Assembly: GCA_964016885.1 (NCBI GenBank)
Contig: OZ024742.1
Coordinates: 262,632,001 to 262,696,000 of the forward strand
Direction: 5' to 3'
Source of the DNA: Eledone cirrhosa
Taxonomy: Eukaryota
Length of the DNA: 64,000 nt
Shown: in pieces, positions 1 to 12,111 of the stretch
How the letters are laid out: every line of letters starts with the position of its first letter
How positions within the stretch are numbered: the first letter of the stretch is position 1
The notes under the pieces: model-generated
The model's database searches: none
Seen by the model: only the letters and a program-made list of their open reading frames with translations
What the model was told of the DNA's origin: nothing
Translations under genes and position numbers: made by a program

Positions 1-34
1 TAAGAACATTTTTATAATTTTCTTATTTTACGTC

Positions 35-89
<55 letters not shown>

Positions 90-94
<5 letters not shown>

Positions 95-290
95 CGAAGG
101 AGTTGTGGTAAGAGCCGATGGACCATAACGCACCAGAGTACTCAATACTTAGGGTAGTAGAGTGGGTAATAGGAAAAAGTATGAACCCGACGGCAGAGCT
201 CAAGCCATTTCGACGGCTATTTCCGGACTATTTGAGTCCAGAAATAGCCGTCGAAACGGCTTGATCTCTGTCGTCGGGGTCAAACTTTTT

Positions 291-292
<2 letters not shown>
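90..292. repeat. PLE-pLTR-like fold-back repeat (family A)
   Basis: Near-identical to 15230-15432. Internal palindrome gacggcagagctcaagccatttcgacggctatttccggac/gtccagaaatagccgtcgaaacggcttgatctctgtcgtc. (TA)n on both sides. Confidence 0.75.
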
Positions 293-345
<53 letters not shown>

Positions 346-349
<4 letters not shown>

Positions 350-540
350 GTCCCCCGGTATTGGCGGGGATTACTTTCTCAGAGCACCCGCGAAGAGTTA
401 AGGACCGCCAATATTGGACGTGGTCCATAAAAATGCCTAGAAACGTCAAAATATAACGTAAAATATAATAAAAACAGTCTTATGCGAAGTGGCGTCCAAT
501 ACGCCGGCAAATACGGTATATTGTTATAAATAATTTAGCG
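346..540. repeat. Short interspersed repeat (family B)
   Basis: Near-identical to 15452-15645. Diverged partial copy at 23521-23630 (gcgaagagt...aatattggacgtggtccataaaa). Confidence 0.7.
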
Positions 541-589
541 TATGTATGTATATACATACATACATACATATGTCAATACACACACACAC

Positions 590-673
<84 letters not shown>

Positions 674-770
674 TGAAATTTCCGTTGAAAACAGAAAAAG
701 TCATAGAAGTGAAGAGTGCTCTATGTAAGTACCAGAGCAAAATTTAATGTATAAAAATCAATACAATATA

Positions 771-848
771 ATTACCTCATTACCAGAGGTTTCCCGAATG
801 AGGCGAATACGAAAGAAACGTCTTCATTCGATCGTCAGACGAGGCAAT
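771..848 (-). ncRNA. Type I hammerhead ribozyme in the 3' pLTR of PLE 1
   Basis: Reverse complement reads attgcctcgt CTGACGA tcgaatga...tcattcgg GAAA cctctgg TA atgaggtaat: 10-bp stem I, long stem II, complete core. Confidence 0.85.
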
Positions 849-2052
849 ATAAAACATGGCTAAATACTTGGAAAGTCTCTTCAAGAAAAGCAAAAAAAAT
901 TATATAAATATAGATAAAGGAATTATAATAGATATATGAAATATATAAAAATCTTTCAAGAAATATAGTTAGGTGTGTGTATATGTATGTATATACGCTC
1001 ACAGATGTACATATGTGTGTATGTACAAATGTGTGCGTATAGTGAAAAAAGTGTGCGTAAATATATGTGTTAGGGCAAGTGTATCTGTGTATCTGTAACT
1101 ACAGACAGACATGATATAATTGTCCGGTTGGCAGGTACACAGAAAAACAGGGTATTAGATACATTATAAGAATATGAAGGCACGCGTATAAACACATACA
1201 CACGCGCGTACACTTTATGCGGAAGAAAAAGAGGTAAGGGAGTGTAATAGTATAAAGAAAGTATCATTCTCGATATATTTATAAAAATGGAACAATAATT
1301 TAGAAAGAAAAAATTAAAGAAAAGAAGACAAACAAGGTACACACGTACATACACACATATATCCACAAGAAACGTATATCTATAAGAAATATATATATAT
1401 ACACGCTAAAACGTGCAGACAAAAGTGTATGCAAGTATACATACACACACAGGATACACATATATACATATATACGCCTCGCCCCATGTATATCTAATCA
1501 CGCGCACGCACGTGACTGTATACACACTCACACACACACACACACACAAATATACATGCCTATATACATACGCACACTTACACATCCGTACATTCAGTAC
1601 GTACACACACACACACACACACATACATACACTCACGCATATTGACCCGTATACATGCACACACATAAAAATGAGAATGTAAAAAAAGAAAAAAACCTAG
1701 ATGTAAAAACACAGATATAAAAACACACATACATACACACATATATATATATACATACACGCACGCGCGCGCACATGCGGGGGCGTTCTTGTACATATAT
1801 AGAAAGTATACACACATTAAGGCGCTCAGACACATAGATACAGGGTGTAAAAACAGCCTTGTGGATAAGTAAGTACAAATATAAAAATATAAGATTGGCT
1901 GCGAAATAACAGAAAATATCTGGGGTGGAAAACGCAAGTGACATGTGTAATCAGGTAGTGAAGAAAATAGGGAAGTAAAAAGTGGAAAGTGAAGATATTA
2001 GGTAAGTGAATCGGAGAATAAAGAGGGGGGGGGGTTATTGGTGGATGTGAAG

Positions 2053-2263
2053 TAAAAATAAAAATAAAAATAAAAATAAAAATAAAAATAAAAATAAAAA
2101 TAAAAATAAAAATAAAAATAAAAATAAAAATAAAAATAAAAATAAAAATAAAAATAAAAATAAAAATAAAAATAAAAATAAAAATAAAAATAAAAATAAA
2201 AATAAAAATAAAAATAAAAATAAAAATAAAAATAAAAATAAAAATAAAAATAAAATTAAAATA
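2053..2263 (+). repeat. (TAAAAA)n hexamer array in the PLE 1 3' region
   Basis: About 35 near-perfect tandem units. Confidence 0.95.
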
Positions 2264-2336
2264 AAAATGAAATTAATAATAAGGATAAAAATGAAAGTAA
2301 ATCAGAAAGGGTAGTCTTACAGAGAATAATAAGAGT

Positions 2337-2830
2337 TTATGGAGGATAAGTATCTGAAAGTGAGTTAAGTTTATATGAGCTGGAAAGCAAGTGTGATTTC
2401 ATGTGTGGGCAACTGGTGAAAATTTCTGTCTTTGTGTTCAGGCAGGTCTTTGGTGATTTAAGATTTTGCAAGATCAAATATTTTTCAATTATGCAGAGCG
2501 TGCATTTTCTTGTTCCTCTTGCATATTCTTTAGATTGGTTCAAAATTGACCAATCTAATTTATATTGGATACCTTGGTCTTTCAAATCCCATATTCTGCT
2601 AGCCAGAGCTGTTGTAAATCTTTTTTCTGGATGTCGAAAGGATGCGACATGTGAGTAATAACGCGTTTTGAATTTGTCTTGCATCATACCCACATATCGT
2701 TCACTGGTGGCTGGATGGTTGTTGCTGATCGTTGTCACTTTAGCCGCATATACAATGGCTTTGGTGTTGCATTTACCTTGTAATGGGCATTCACTTTTGA
2801 TTCTACGGGAGCAATTTTGATGTTCTCTAG
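2337..2830 (-). pseudogene. PLE GIY-YIG endonuclease
   Basis: CSRR..CPLQGKC..AIVYAA upstream of ORF 2337-2738 (RYVGM...FKTRYYSHVASF...CTLCIIEK...LN...CPH). Confidence 0.85.
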
Positions 2831-3255
2831 GTGATTTTTTGTTGATGATATAGGATTTAATAGGGGGACCGCAGGAGTAGCTAATTTTGACGCAGTTTCT
2901 ATAAAGATATTATAGTATCTATGTGTTCTGGGGAAATGTTTATCTAGAAGCTCTAGGAATTTTTTGCCTACATTAGTTTTAACTGCTAGAGAGTAGGGGG
3001 TGTGAACCAGATTATTTTTCTTTTCCTGTTTTTATGTTTAATAGAGTTAGTATTGTTGGGTATGTATTTAATCGGTTCGCTAAAACCGCTATTTTGGAGG
3101 GCTTTATTATAGTATGGGGATGCCTTATTAAAAATAGCTTCTGAGGAAGAGAGGGTGGAGATCCTACGGCTAATATTAGGGATAAGGTTTTTAAAAACTA
3201 TAGGAGGATGGCAAGAGCCTTTATTTATATATTTTAAGTTTTCATTAGGTTTATG

Positions 3256-4479
3256 TTATGGTTTATAAGAAGCAGTAGGTAAATCTAGGTTTATATCTAG
3301 GAAATTTACATTGGAAAGGTTAGTGTCAATGGTAATTTTAAGATTAAAGCTAGCGAAGGTTTTTATTAAGTCTTTCCTTAATCTATCTAAGTTATGGCCT
3401 ATGGTGGTATGGGAAAGTATTAGACCATCGTCGCGATAAAGCCCAAAAATATGGTTAGGAAATTTTTCTTTAAGTGTATGTAGGAGGAATAGGCCGACTA
3501 AATCACAAACATCAGCACTGTCATAAGAGCCCATTGAGACATCGAATGGGCTCTCTGGGTTAGATATTTTTACCCAAGTGTCATTATCAGTAAAGAGTAG
3601 AGTGTTTCTAGAGTGCAAGATGACATTCTCGTCAATATCGGAGATATTAGTAAACCCTCTAGCGAAATTTAAAGCTTTCGCTAAAAGGGTCTGAGTGATA
3701 GATGGGTAGAAATCTACAATGTCAAATTGGGTGAATCTAGAACTATTTTTGTTTTTAATATTATTAAACCAATGTACTACGGAGGAGCTATTTATCCATT
3801 GGAGTAATTTAGACTTACTTCTAATGTGTGTATTTATATTATTTAAAATTTTTTTGCTGGCAAGACCAATATCAGTCTTAGCAGGGTTGATTAATCTACA
3901 ACTAGGACGATTAATAAAGTCGGATTTGTGATCTTTAAGGGTGATATACGCATTACGTTTAGCAAGTTTTTCTGTCCTATTCCTATTATCTATTTTTAAA
4001 GAAACAGCTAATTCTTTAGCTTCCTTATTTATATTATGATACGTGTTTATATTAGCTATTTGGTATTTAGAGGTGATATTATCTATTAATAGTTGGTCGT
4101 GTAAATTATTGTTAACTTCATATAGGTTTTTAGTTTTGTCGGAGAAGATGAACTTATTATTAGAAGATTTGAATGTTGAAATATCATTAGATAGTTTAGA
4201 TTGAAAAGGGTTAGAGTACTTACGAAAATTGATATTGTTGATTAGGTTAACTAGGTCTAATTCAAAGGCGGTCATATATTTTACTCTTTGTGGGTATTTA
4301 TGAGTTTTGATGTCAAAATATTCCGTAGAATCCGTGTTAAAGTGTCCATCGAGAATCAAAGCTTTCCATCTCATTCTTTTAACGACCTTCTCTACTTTGT
4401 CTATCAGTATTTTCGTGTAGAAAGTGTTAGAAGGTGTTGGGATATTCTTTATAGAGTAATCCAAAGGGTATCTATCCAT
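3256..4479 (-). pseudogene. PLE reverse transcriptase, interrupted after the palm
   Basis: 407-aa ORF with AYITLKDHK, CRLINPAK, FDIVDFYPSI, FDVSMGSYDSADVCDLVG, GLYRDDGL and NFLDINLDL. A stop and frameshifts separate it from the thumb and endonuclease. Confidence 0.9.
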
Positions 4480-4699
4480 ATTCAGTATTGGTTTAAAATC
4501 CTATTGACTGAAGAGTGCTCGACTTTAAAAGGGCTGGAAGGTGCCAATCTCATAAAGATGTAGAATATGTTGCGATCATTCCCTTGGGAGCTGTATAAGT
4601 ATTGAAATTTTCGTTGAAAACAGAAAAAGTCATAGAAGTGAAGAGTGCTCTATGTAAGTACCAGAGCAAAATTTAATGTATAAAAATCAATACAATATA

Positions 4700-4777
4700 A
4701 TTACCTCATTACCAGAGGTTTCCCGAATGAGGCGAATACGAAAGAAACGTCTTCATTCGTTCGTCATCCGAGGCAAT
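4700..4777 (-). ncRNA. Degenerate hammerhead in the 5' pLTR of PLE 1
   Basis: Copy of 771-848 whose core reads ATGACGA instead of CTGACGA. Confidence 0.6.
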
Positions 4778-5298
4778 ATAAAACATGGCTAAATACTTGG
4801 AAAGTCTCTTCAAGAAAAGCAAAAAAAATTATATAAATATAGATAAAGGAATTATAATAGATATATGAAATATATAAAAATCTTTCAAGAAATATAGTTA
4901 GGTGTGTGTATATGTATGTATATACGCTCACAGATGTACATATGTGTGTATGTACAAATGTGTGCGTATAGTGAAAAAAGTGTGCGTAAATATATGTGTT
5001 AGGGCAAGTGTATCTGTGTATCTGTAACTACAGACAGACATGATATGATTGTCCGGTTGGCAGGTACACAGAAAAACAGGATATTAGATACATTATAAGA
5101 ATATGAAGGCACGCGTATAAACACATACACACGTGTACGCGTGTACCTTGTTTGTCTTATTTTCTTTAATTTTTTCTTTCTAAATTATTGTTCCATTTTT
5201 ATAAATATATCGAGAATGATACTTTCTTTTTACTATTACACTCCCTTGCCTCTTTTTCTTCCGCATATAAGTGTACGCGCGTGTGTATGTGTTTATAT

Positions 5299-6817
5299 TC
5301 CCTGTAGGGAATATTAATTTTAACGTGTCTAGGGTGGCAAGAGTTGAAAGGAAGATATTGCTTGGAGTCTGTGGGCTTGTAGTATATGTCTGTTTCTATT
5401 TTTTTGTTATGGATCTTAATGAGGATGTCGAGGAAGGGGAGTTGTTGATGGCTGTATTCCATCGTGAAGTTAATATTCGTGTTTAGCCCATTTATAAGGG
5501 TGTGAAATTCTTTAAGTTTCTCGATGTTTTCGTGCCAGAGGATGAAGCAGTCATCTAGATATCGGTTCCAGTTCCTTTCTATGTATAAGTGGAGAGTGTT
5601 TCCAAATTTGTTTAGGACTTTAGTGTAGAGGGTGATTTCCAGGTATCCCATGACTAGGTTGGCATAAGTGGGGGCTGTTTTCGTTCCCATAGCGGTCCCA
5701 GATTTCTGCCTGTAGGGTTTGTTATTGAAAACGAAGTAATTGTTCTCCAAGATAAATTTGAGTCCCTCTATCACGAATTCTTTTTTGATGCGTTGTGGGA
5801 GTTCATTGTGGTAATTATCCAGCCAGAATTGGATAGCTTCTATTCCTAGGTTGTGGGGGATGTTTGAGTATAGGTTGACTACGTCGAACGTCACTAGTAG
5901 GGTTTGTTCAGAAAGGAGCATATTAGGGAGGTGATTGAGCATATCTAGGTCGTCCCTTATATAGCTTTCGATGAGTTTGAGAAAAGGCTTGAGAAGGGTA
6001 TCATTGAAGTTGCTAAGGCAGTGGGTTTCGCAAGCGGGGCCTGCTATTATAGGTCTTAATTTGAGATCATTGGGTGAGGGGACATTGATGACTATGTCTG
6101 TGGCTTCCTTGCATGCTTTACTTATTAATTTGCTTTTATGTACTTTAGGGATACCGTAGAAAAGGCTGGATTTACTTGTGAAGTCTGTGATGAAGCTGAA
6201 TTCCTTGTTAGTGAGTCCTTCTTTGTATTGGTTGATCAGAGTTTTTAGGTTTCTCATAATTTTCTGTTGATTGTAGTGTTCAGCCTTTTCGTAGTATGTT
6301 TCGTTTTCCAAAGTGGAGAGCGCTAAGTTGATATATAATTCTGTCTCCATTAGGACTACTGTACTCCCTTTATCAGCCTCTTTAATTGTAATGGTTCTGT
6401 CGGTTTTTAATCTATTTAATTTTTCCCATTGTTTCTTGTTGAGGTTTGGCTTGTGTTTTTGTCTGTGCAAGTGTTGGTAAGGGAAGTTTGTGATGTGTTC
6501 ACAGAATTCGTCCAGGATTTTATTTCTACCTTTTGATGGGGTGTAATTGCTTCTATTTCTGGCTAATGATTCATCCTCATTGTACTGGTCGAATAGTTCT
6601 TCACTGAGTCGTAACTTTCTACAGAAGTCTGTGATGTCTTCCTTCATTTCATAGTAGTTAGGACGTAGTGGGGTCGGTGTGAATTTAAGACCTTTGGAGA
6701 TTAAGTTGATAAGGTTGGGTGTTGGTTCTGCACTAGTTAGATTGATAATTTTTATTACTCTCGGTTTCTCCTCCCTGTCTTGTGTTATTTTGTCTGCCTG
6801 TATCTGTGTGCTGTGTC
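5299..6817 (-). pseudogene. PLE reverse transcriptase (Neptune type), no endonuclease
   Basis: IINLT..LISKGLKFTPTP upstream of the first ATG, then ADKGSTVV, FYGIPKVHK, RPII, FDVVNLYSNIPH, GTAMGTKTAPTYANL, RYLDDCF, LPFLD and YYKPTD...SCHP. Breaks at ~5298. Confidence 0.9.
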
Positions 6818-8149
6818 TAAAAAATGGTTGGGGTAGAGGGGTTGTCTGCTGATGTTAAGTGGTCTCCTGTGTTTGTTATATTCCTTGTTGTTGTAAAATG
6901 TGGTTCGGGTTCGTGGTTGTAGATTGAATGGGGTGTTCCTGTATTGCGAGAATGGATGTGTGTTTCTATGTGCCATGTTGGATTGTGGTGTTATAGGTGG
7001 CCTACGTTGTTGGTTGTATCGTGTGGTGGGTTTGTTGTGTATTGTGGAAGCGAGAGTTGAGAAAATGGAAATTACCTTGCTGTCCCCTTGAAGCGGGGAA
7101 GTTGTTACATCTATCATGGTGGTGGTATCTTTTCCCTATGTTTGACGATGAGGCATCCGCGTAGTAGTTGAGTGATTTGGTATGGTGTCTCCTTGAAGGG
7201 GGAAAGTTGTAAATGTCATTCTGGGGGAGATGATTTCTAGGGTTTTTGTTCCTTCTTATGGTAGCGAGGTTGGGAAGTTCATCTTCGGTGTGGTGCTTCC
7301 TTCTTCTTTTGTTAGTGGCGGGGGGGGGGGGGGCGAAGTTGTTGTGCGGTTCGGTTATGGGTTTTCCTATTTTTATGAACGGGTTATTGGAGGTGTAATC
7401 CGTTTGAAAAGTCGATTCATAGTGTAGGAACCAAGCGGCACTTTTTTCCCAGCGTTGAAGGGATTTCAGTTCTTCTCTGTTGCAGTCCCCTTTCCATAAT
7501 TTAGAGATCTTCTCTACCTTGGGGCCTTCAGTTTTATTGTTGATTTCCAAGAGGATCTCTTCATCAATGGTTTTGATTTTTCCTCATTTGTCTGGGCCCT
7601 CAATTTAAGAATTTCAATTTCTGTCTTCATTTTTTCCAATGCCATTCTTTCCCTAAGGTGTCTTTGAGGTTCGGGTTCATTTGGAATGGACTGTATTTGT
7701 ATTTTACGGGGGAGAGTTAGAGGGGTTGAGTTAAACCATTTTTCATATATCTCCGCTTTGTTGTGATTTTGTATCATCTTCCAGAATGAGAACTTTCTGT
7801 CTCTGAGGGATTTGTTCCATTTTGGAATTGTTCGAATTTTCATTTTGTATGAATCAATCTCACGTGGTTCTTCGTTGGTTTTTCCTGGGTTGGTAGTAGT
7901 GAACATAGTTTGGATAGTATCGCAAAGGTTTTGAAGTTTATCGCCGATTTCGGGGGGTTTGTATCTGATGACGGTTTCCTCATTTGTGGAGTCAAGTTTG
8001 TCGACCAGCACAGATAGGTTGGTGTTAATTTTCTTGAGGTCCTGTAGAATCTCTTCATTTGTGTTGATAAGAGTTGTATCTGTTTTTGTTGGCATTTTCT
8101 GTATCTCGTGTGAGGATATGATATTTAAAAGAATAGAGGTGTAACACAC
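6785..8149 (-). pseudogene. Upstream ORF / N-terminal extension of PLE 2, broken by two frameshifts
   Basis: Three overlapping ORFs (211, 182 and 110 aa), charged helical then low-complexity N/R/H/P-rich, directly 5' of the RT frame. Confidence 0.55.
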
Positions 8150-8471
8150 GAGTTATGATATATTGGTAAACGGAAAAGAAAATGCTGACAAATTGTTCCC
8201 AGTGAAAAATAGTTTAATTAGGAGTAAGTAAAAATTAGTAATAGTATTGGTTACCGGTAAAACTTAAAACCAAAACTGAATACTAACGAATACTATTACT
8301 AATTTTTACTTACTCCTAATTAAATTATTTTTTCACTGGGAACAATTTGTCAGCATTTTCTTTTCCGTTTACCAATATATCATAACTCGTGTGTTACACC
8401 TCTATTCTTTTAAATATATATAAAATAAAGTTAAACAAAAGTCAAATGATTAAAATTTAGCTTCGTTTATT

Positions 8472-8526
8472 ACTGCTATATATATTTCAGTGACAGCCAT
8501 CTTTGGCTGTGACCTCTTCGGGCAGT
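8472..8526 (-). ncRNA. Hammerhead-like motif with CCGAAGA core (mirror copy 8785-8839 on +, TCGAAGA)
   Basis: actgc CCGAAGA ggtcacagcc-aaagat-ggctgtcact GAAA tatata TA gcagt. Confidence 0.6.
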
Positions 8527-8981
8527 TTGGATTAGTATGGTATAGACAAGTACATATGTTGTTTAGGTGTATAATATTGTCAATACTCTGATATGCCCAG
8601 TTCCTTGTTGGGTTGTTATTTCAATGAGGAACTGGAGTCATATGACTTTCAATGAGGAACTGGAGTCATATGACTCCAGTTCCTCATTGAAATAACAACC
8701 CAACAAGGAACTGGGCATATCAGAGTATTGACAATATTATACACCTAAACAACATATGTACTTGTCTATACCATACTAATCCAAACTGCTCGAAGAGGTC
8801 ACAGCCAAAGATGGCTGTCACTGAAATATATATAGCAGTAATAAACGAAGCTAAATTTTAATCATTTGACTTTTATTTAACTTTATTTTACACTACTCCA
8901 GAGTAACCAACCCAACCTGCGCACTTCGTCGAGTGCTCCAGCCTGCATACTGAGGTGTTGGTACACAACGAACATAAACTC

Positions 8982-9062
<81 letters not shown>

Positions 9063-9068
<6 letters not shown>

Positions 9069-10003
9069 GACGTAAAATAAGAAAATTATAATAATTAACT
9101 TACTTACTTCAGTTTCACTCCAACTAATTAGTTTCTGAAAGGGGATATACATAGTGTTCAAAACCATGGAGAATTCCTTTCTTCATCAGGGAGTCAATTC
9201 TCTGCTAAGATCCCAGGCGGTAGGCGGACACAGGGATCTCAAACAAAAATAATTCAGTGAATGGAAAAGAATCAAGCGCGGACTACATTTCAAGACACTG
9301 AAAATTTCACTACCTTCCCGGTCAGTAGCAAATTCAAAAGAATCAATCACGTGACATCGAGGTTAATCAGTGAGGAGTGGGGAGTTAAAAAGACAGTAGC
9401 CAAAATATTACTCAACAAAATTCGCCTGTAAAAAGGGGCGTAATAAGTCAATGTGAAAGGAAAAATAATGTTATTTACAGGCATAGTGCTTGAAGATAAG
9501 CAGATGAAAATGTGTTAATATAGCAAGAGTGTTTAGTTGATCCAAGTTGGAGGTAAATGGTGGACTGGGGTTTGATATGATTTCCCTTTTTAGAGAGTTA
9601 ATATGCAGGGCGAGGTAATTCATGATGGATGATATTTAATTTATTTAAGAAAAAGGATTAGGTAGGGTGTAAGGGAGGTGACTCTTTAGAGAGACATAGG
9701 TATTTGTAAATGTTTGATTGTTCGTTCCAGTTTTAGTTTAGTCCGAAGTTTAGTGCATTAAGTGCTTACACCCTACCTTATCCTTTTTCTTAAATAAATT
9801 AAATATCATCCATCAGGAATTACTTCCCTCTGCATATTAACTCTCTAAAAAGGGAAATCATATCAAACCCCAGTCCACCATTTACCTCCATCATGGATCA
9901 ACTAAGCACTCTTGCTATATTAACACATTTTGATCTGCTTATCTTCAAGAACTATGCATGTAAATAACATTATTTTTTCTTTCACAATGACTTATTATGC
10001 TCC
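9063..10003 (-). mobile_element. PLE 3'-end/pLTR remnant with inverted duplication
   Basis: 9437-9671 is inverted at 9767-10003. INALNFGLN-like endonuclease tail near 9740-9760. Contains a hammerhead. Confidence 0.65.
9117..9194 (-). ncRNA. Type I hammerhead ribozyme
   Basis: actcc CTGATGA agaaagg...cctttca GAAA ctaattag TT ggagt; palindromic stem III. Confidence 0.8.
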
Positions 10004-10220
10004 ACATTACACCCCTTTTTTTCTTTTTTCTTTTTTCTTTTTTCTTTTTTCTTTTTTCTTTTTTCTTTTATCTTTTTTCTTTTTTCTTTTTTCTTTTTTC
10101 TTTTTTCTTTTTTTCTTTTTTCTTTTCACTTCATAAACCTTGTTTATAAATAACATTATTCTTTCTGCACCATTTCTTTAACAAGTCCAACACCACCATT
10201 CTACACCAATACATGTTATT

Positions 10221-10260
10221 ATCATTTGATAATGCATATAAATGCTGAAACCGGTAATAG
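10221..10260 (+). ncRNA. Hammerhead variant with U3-A8 core (weak stem I)
   Basis: atcat TTGATAA tgcatataaatgct GAAA ccgg TA atag. Confidence 0.55.
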
Positions 10261-10454
10261 ACAATTATTAAATATATAAGTAAATAAATAAATGGCATTG
10301 TTAATTAATAAATAAATCAACTAATACCTTAACACTTCACACAAAGTAAAATATTTCGTATAAATCATTTTCTAACCCAGAAAAAAGAGAGAAATAAATA
10401 AAAACGAAAAAAAATATTTTTCTGCCTAATAACCGTCTTTTTCTCCGTTTTCAC

Positions 10455-10504
10455 ATATATATATATATATATATCCTAACTCGTGTGTTTCCTCTCCACA
10501 TTTT

Positions 10505-10549
<45 letters not shown>

Positions 10550-10575
10550 TAACTCGTGTGTTTCCTCTCCACATT

Positions 10576-10643
<68 letters not shown>

Positions 10644-10669
10644 TAACTCGTGTGTTTCCTCTCCACATT

Positions 10670-10731
<62 letters not shown>
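10455..10731 (+). repeat. Tandem triplication of a ~45-bp unit separated by (TA)n
   Basis: tcctaactcgtgtgtttcctctccacattttattattattatta x3. Confidence 0.9.
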
Positions 10732-10735
<4 letters not shown>

Positions 10736-10829
10736 GTGGAACACTGGAAGGTAATATCCGTAGTGGTAGAGCACTCAGTCCGAGGGACGAGTTAGGTAGA
10801 TGTGGTTACACAACAGTTAGTTCACCATA

Positions 10830-10869
10830 CCGAGAACAATTGTTTCACCCTACCGGATCTTCAGCTTGG
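10830..10869 (-). ncRNA. Type I hammerhead in the PLE 3 pLTR
   Basis: ccaag CTGAAGA tccggtagggt GAAA caattg TT ctcgg; palindromic stem III. Confidence 0.7.
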
Positions 10870-11052
10870 GATGTGTATGGTTATAGGAACAGGAAGGATA
10901 ACCATAAAAACGCACATGCGCAGAAACTCGGTCACTACACAGTCAATACTAAACTGCGTGCGAGAGGTGTAAGGGAGATAACTGCGAAAGTCCGGAAAGT
11001 TTTTAGGTTGAAAATAAAATTAAAATAAAATTAAAAATAAGATTACAAAGAA

Positions 11053-11799
11053 TCAGTCCGGAGCCTTGTAGTTATGTAATAGATGTTTGGTGACGTGTGG
11101 ACAACGTGTGAAAAATTCACTCCTCGTGTTTAGGCAATCGCTATTGCGTAATCTCTTTAGGGTAGTTATTCGTTCGTCATTACATAAGCCACACGTCGGA
11201 TTTGCCCTTGCGTATGGCTTGGACTTAGTGATGGTTTTCCATTGAATGGAGTAGCCTATACTTGAGTCCTTGAGGGACCATACGTGGCTCGCGAGTTTCG
11301 TGGATGAACGTCTGTCCGGGTATCTGAAGGTAGACTGGTGGTTCAGGAAACGCTCCTTGAATCGACCCTCCGCCATGCCCACATAGGATTTGACCTCCAG
11401 TGGTTCGTTTGGTCGATTGGAAGTGACCACAGCTTCATAGATTACAGTTGGTGTGTTGCATTGCTGTTGAATGGGGCAAGCTTCAGGCTTACGGCAAGAG
11501 CACCCTGGTGGGGTGTTGCTCCTAGGGCTGCTGGTGATGTGGGCCTTCATGTTCTTAGCGCAGGAGTATCCTAGTTTAACTTTGTGTCGGTTAAAGATGG
11601 AGCGGTATTTATGACCTATGGAGAAGTGTCTATCTAAGAGGGCTAGAAATATTTTTCCTACATTGGTTTTAACGTTGGGTGAGAAGGGAGGAGAGAACCA
11701 GATAGTTTGTCTATTGTTGAACTTACTTTTCTTAAAGGTGTTGTTGCTCGTGGGAGAGTAGGTGATAGGTTGAAAGAAGCCGCTGTTAGCCAACGCCAT
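11053..11799 (-). pseudogene. PLE linker plus GIY-YIG endonuclease (248 aa)
   Basis: GIY-YIG motifs VIYEA/YVG and CxC-C-C and CxxC..CxH clusters. Confidence 0.85.
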
Positions 11800-12111
11800 G
11801 TTATAGTAGGGCGCCGCCCTGTCAAAGATAGCCTTATTAGAGGAGAGGTTTGAGATTCTAGTACTGATATTCTTAACGAAGTTTCTAAAAACGGTGGGAG
11901 GGTGGGATGACTCCTTGTGAATGCAATTAAGTTTCTCGTTTAGCTTATGGAAGGGTCTGTGTGTGTGTGTGTGTGAAGGTCTAAATGAATGTCTAATAAC
12001 TCTACGCTAGAGAGGTTGGTGGCTACTGTTATCCTAAGGCCTAACTCATTGAAGTTCCGCTAAGGTGAAACAATTGTTCTCAGTATGGAGGACTAACTGT
12101 TGCGTAACCAC

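Larger units (their letters stand above)
669..5298 (-). mobile_element. Penelope-like retroelement 1 (Nematis-like) with direct pLTRs and an inverted 5' pLTR piece
   Basis: RT and GIY-YIG reading frames. 669-~1200 is repeated directly at 4599-~5135. 5135-5298 is the reverse complement of ~1185-1345. The clade name rests on recalled motifs (FDVxMGSYD, YRDDGL). Confidence 0.9.
5299..8890 (-). mobile_element. Penelope-like retroelement 2 (Neptune-like), 3'-truncated, with long upstream ORF and fold-back 5' end
   Basis: RT ORF. Upstream frameshifted ORFs 7514-8149, 7002-7550 and 6785-7117. Inverted repeats 8120-8250/8286-8417 and 8421-8646/8667-8890. Confidence 0.85.

Noticed and set aside
2053-2263. 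Telomere-like repeat added by a PLE RT
   Set aside because: The unit is TAAAAA, not TTAGGG or TTAGG, and lies inside the 3' region; simple slippage expansion suffices.
5199-5298. C-terminal 33 aa of the 482-aa RT ORF
   Set aside because: Read-through into the inverted pLTR of PLE 1; not part of the RT.
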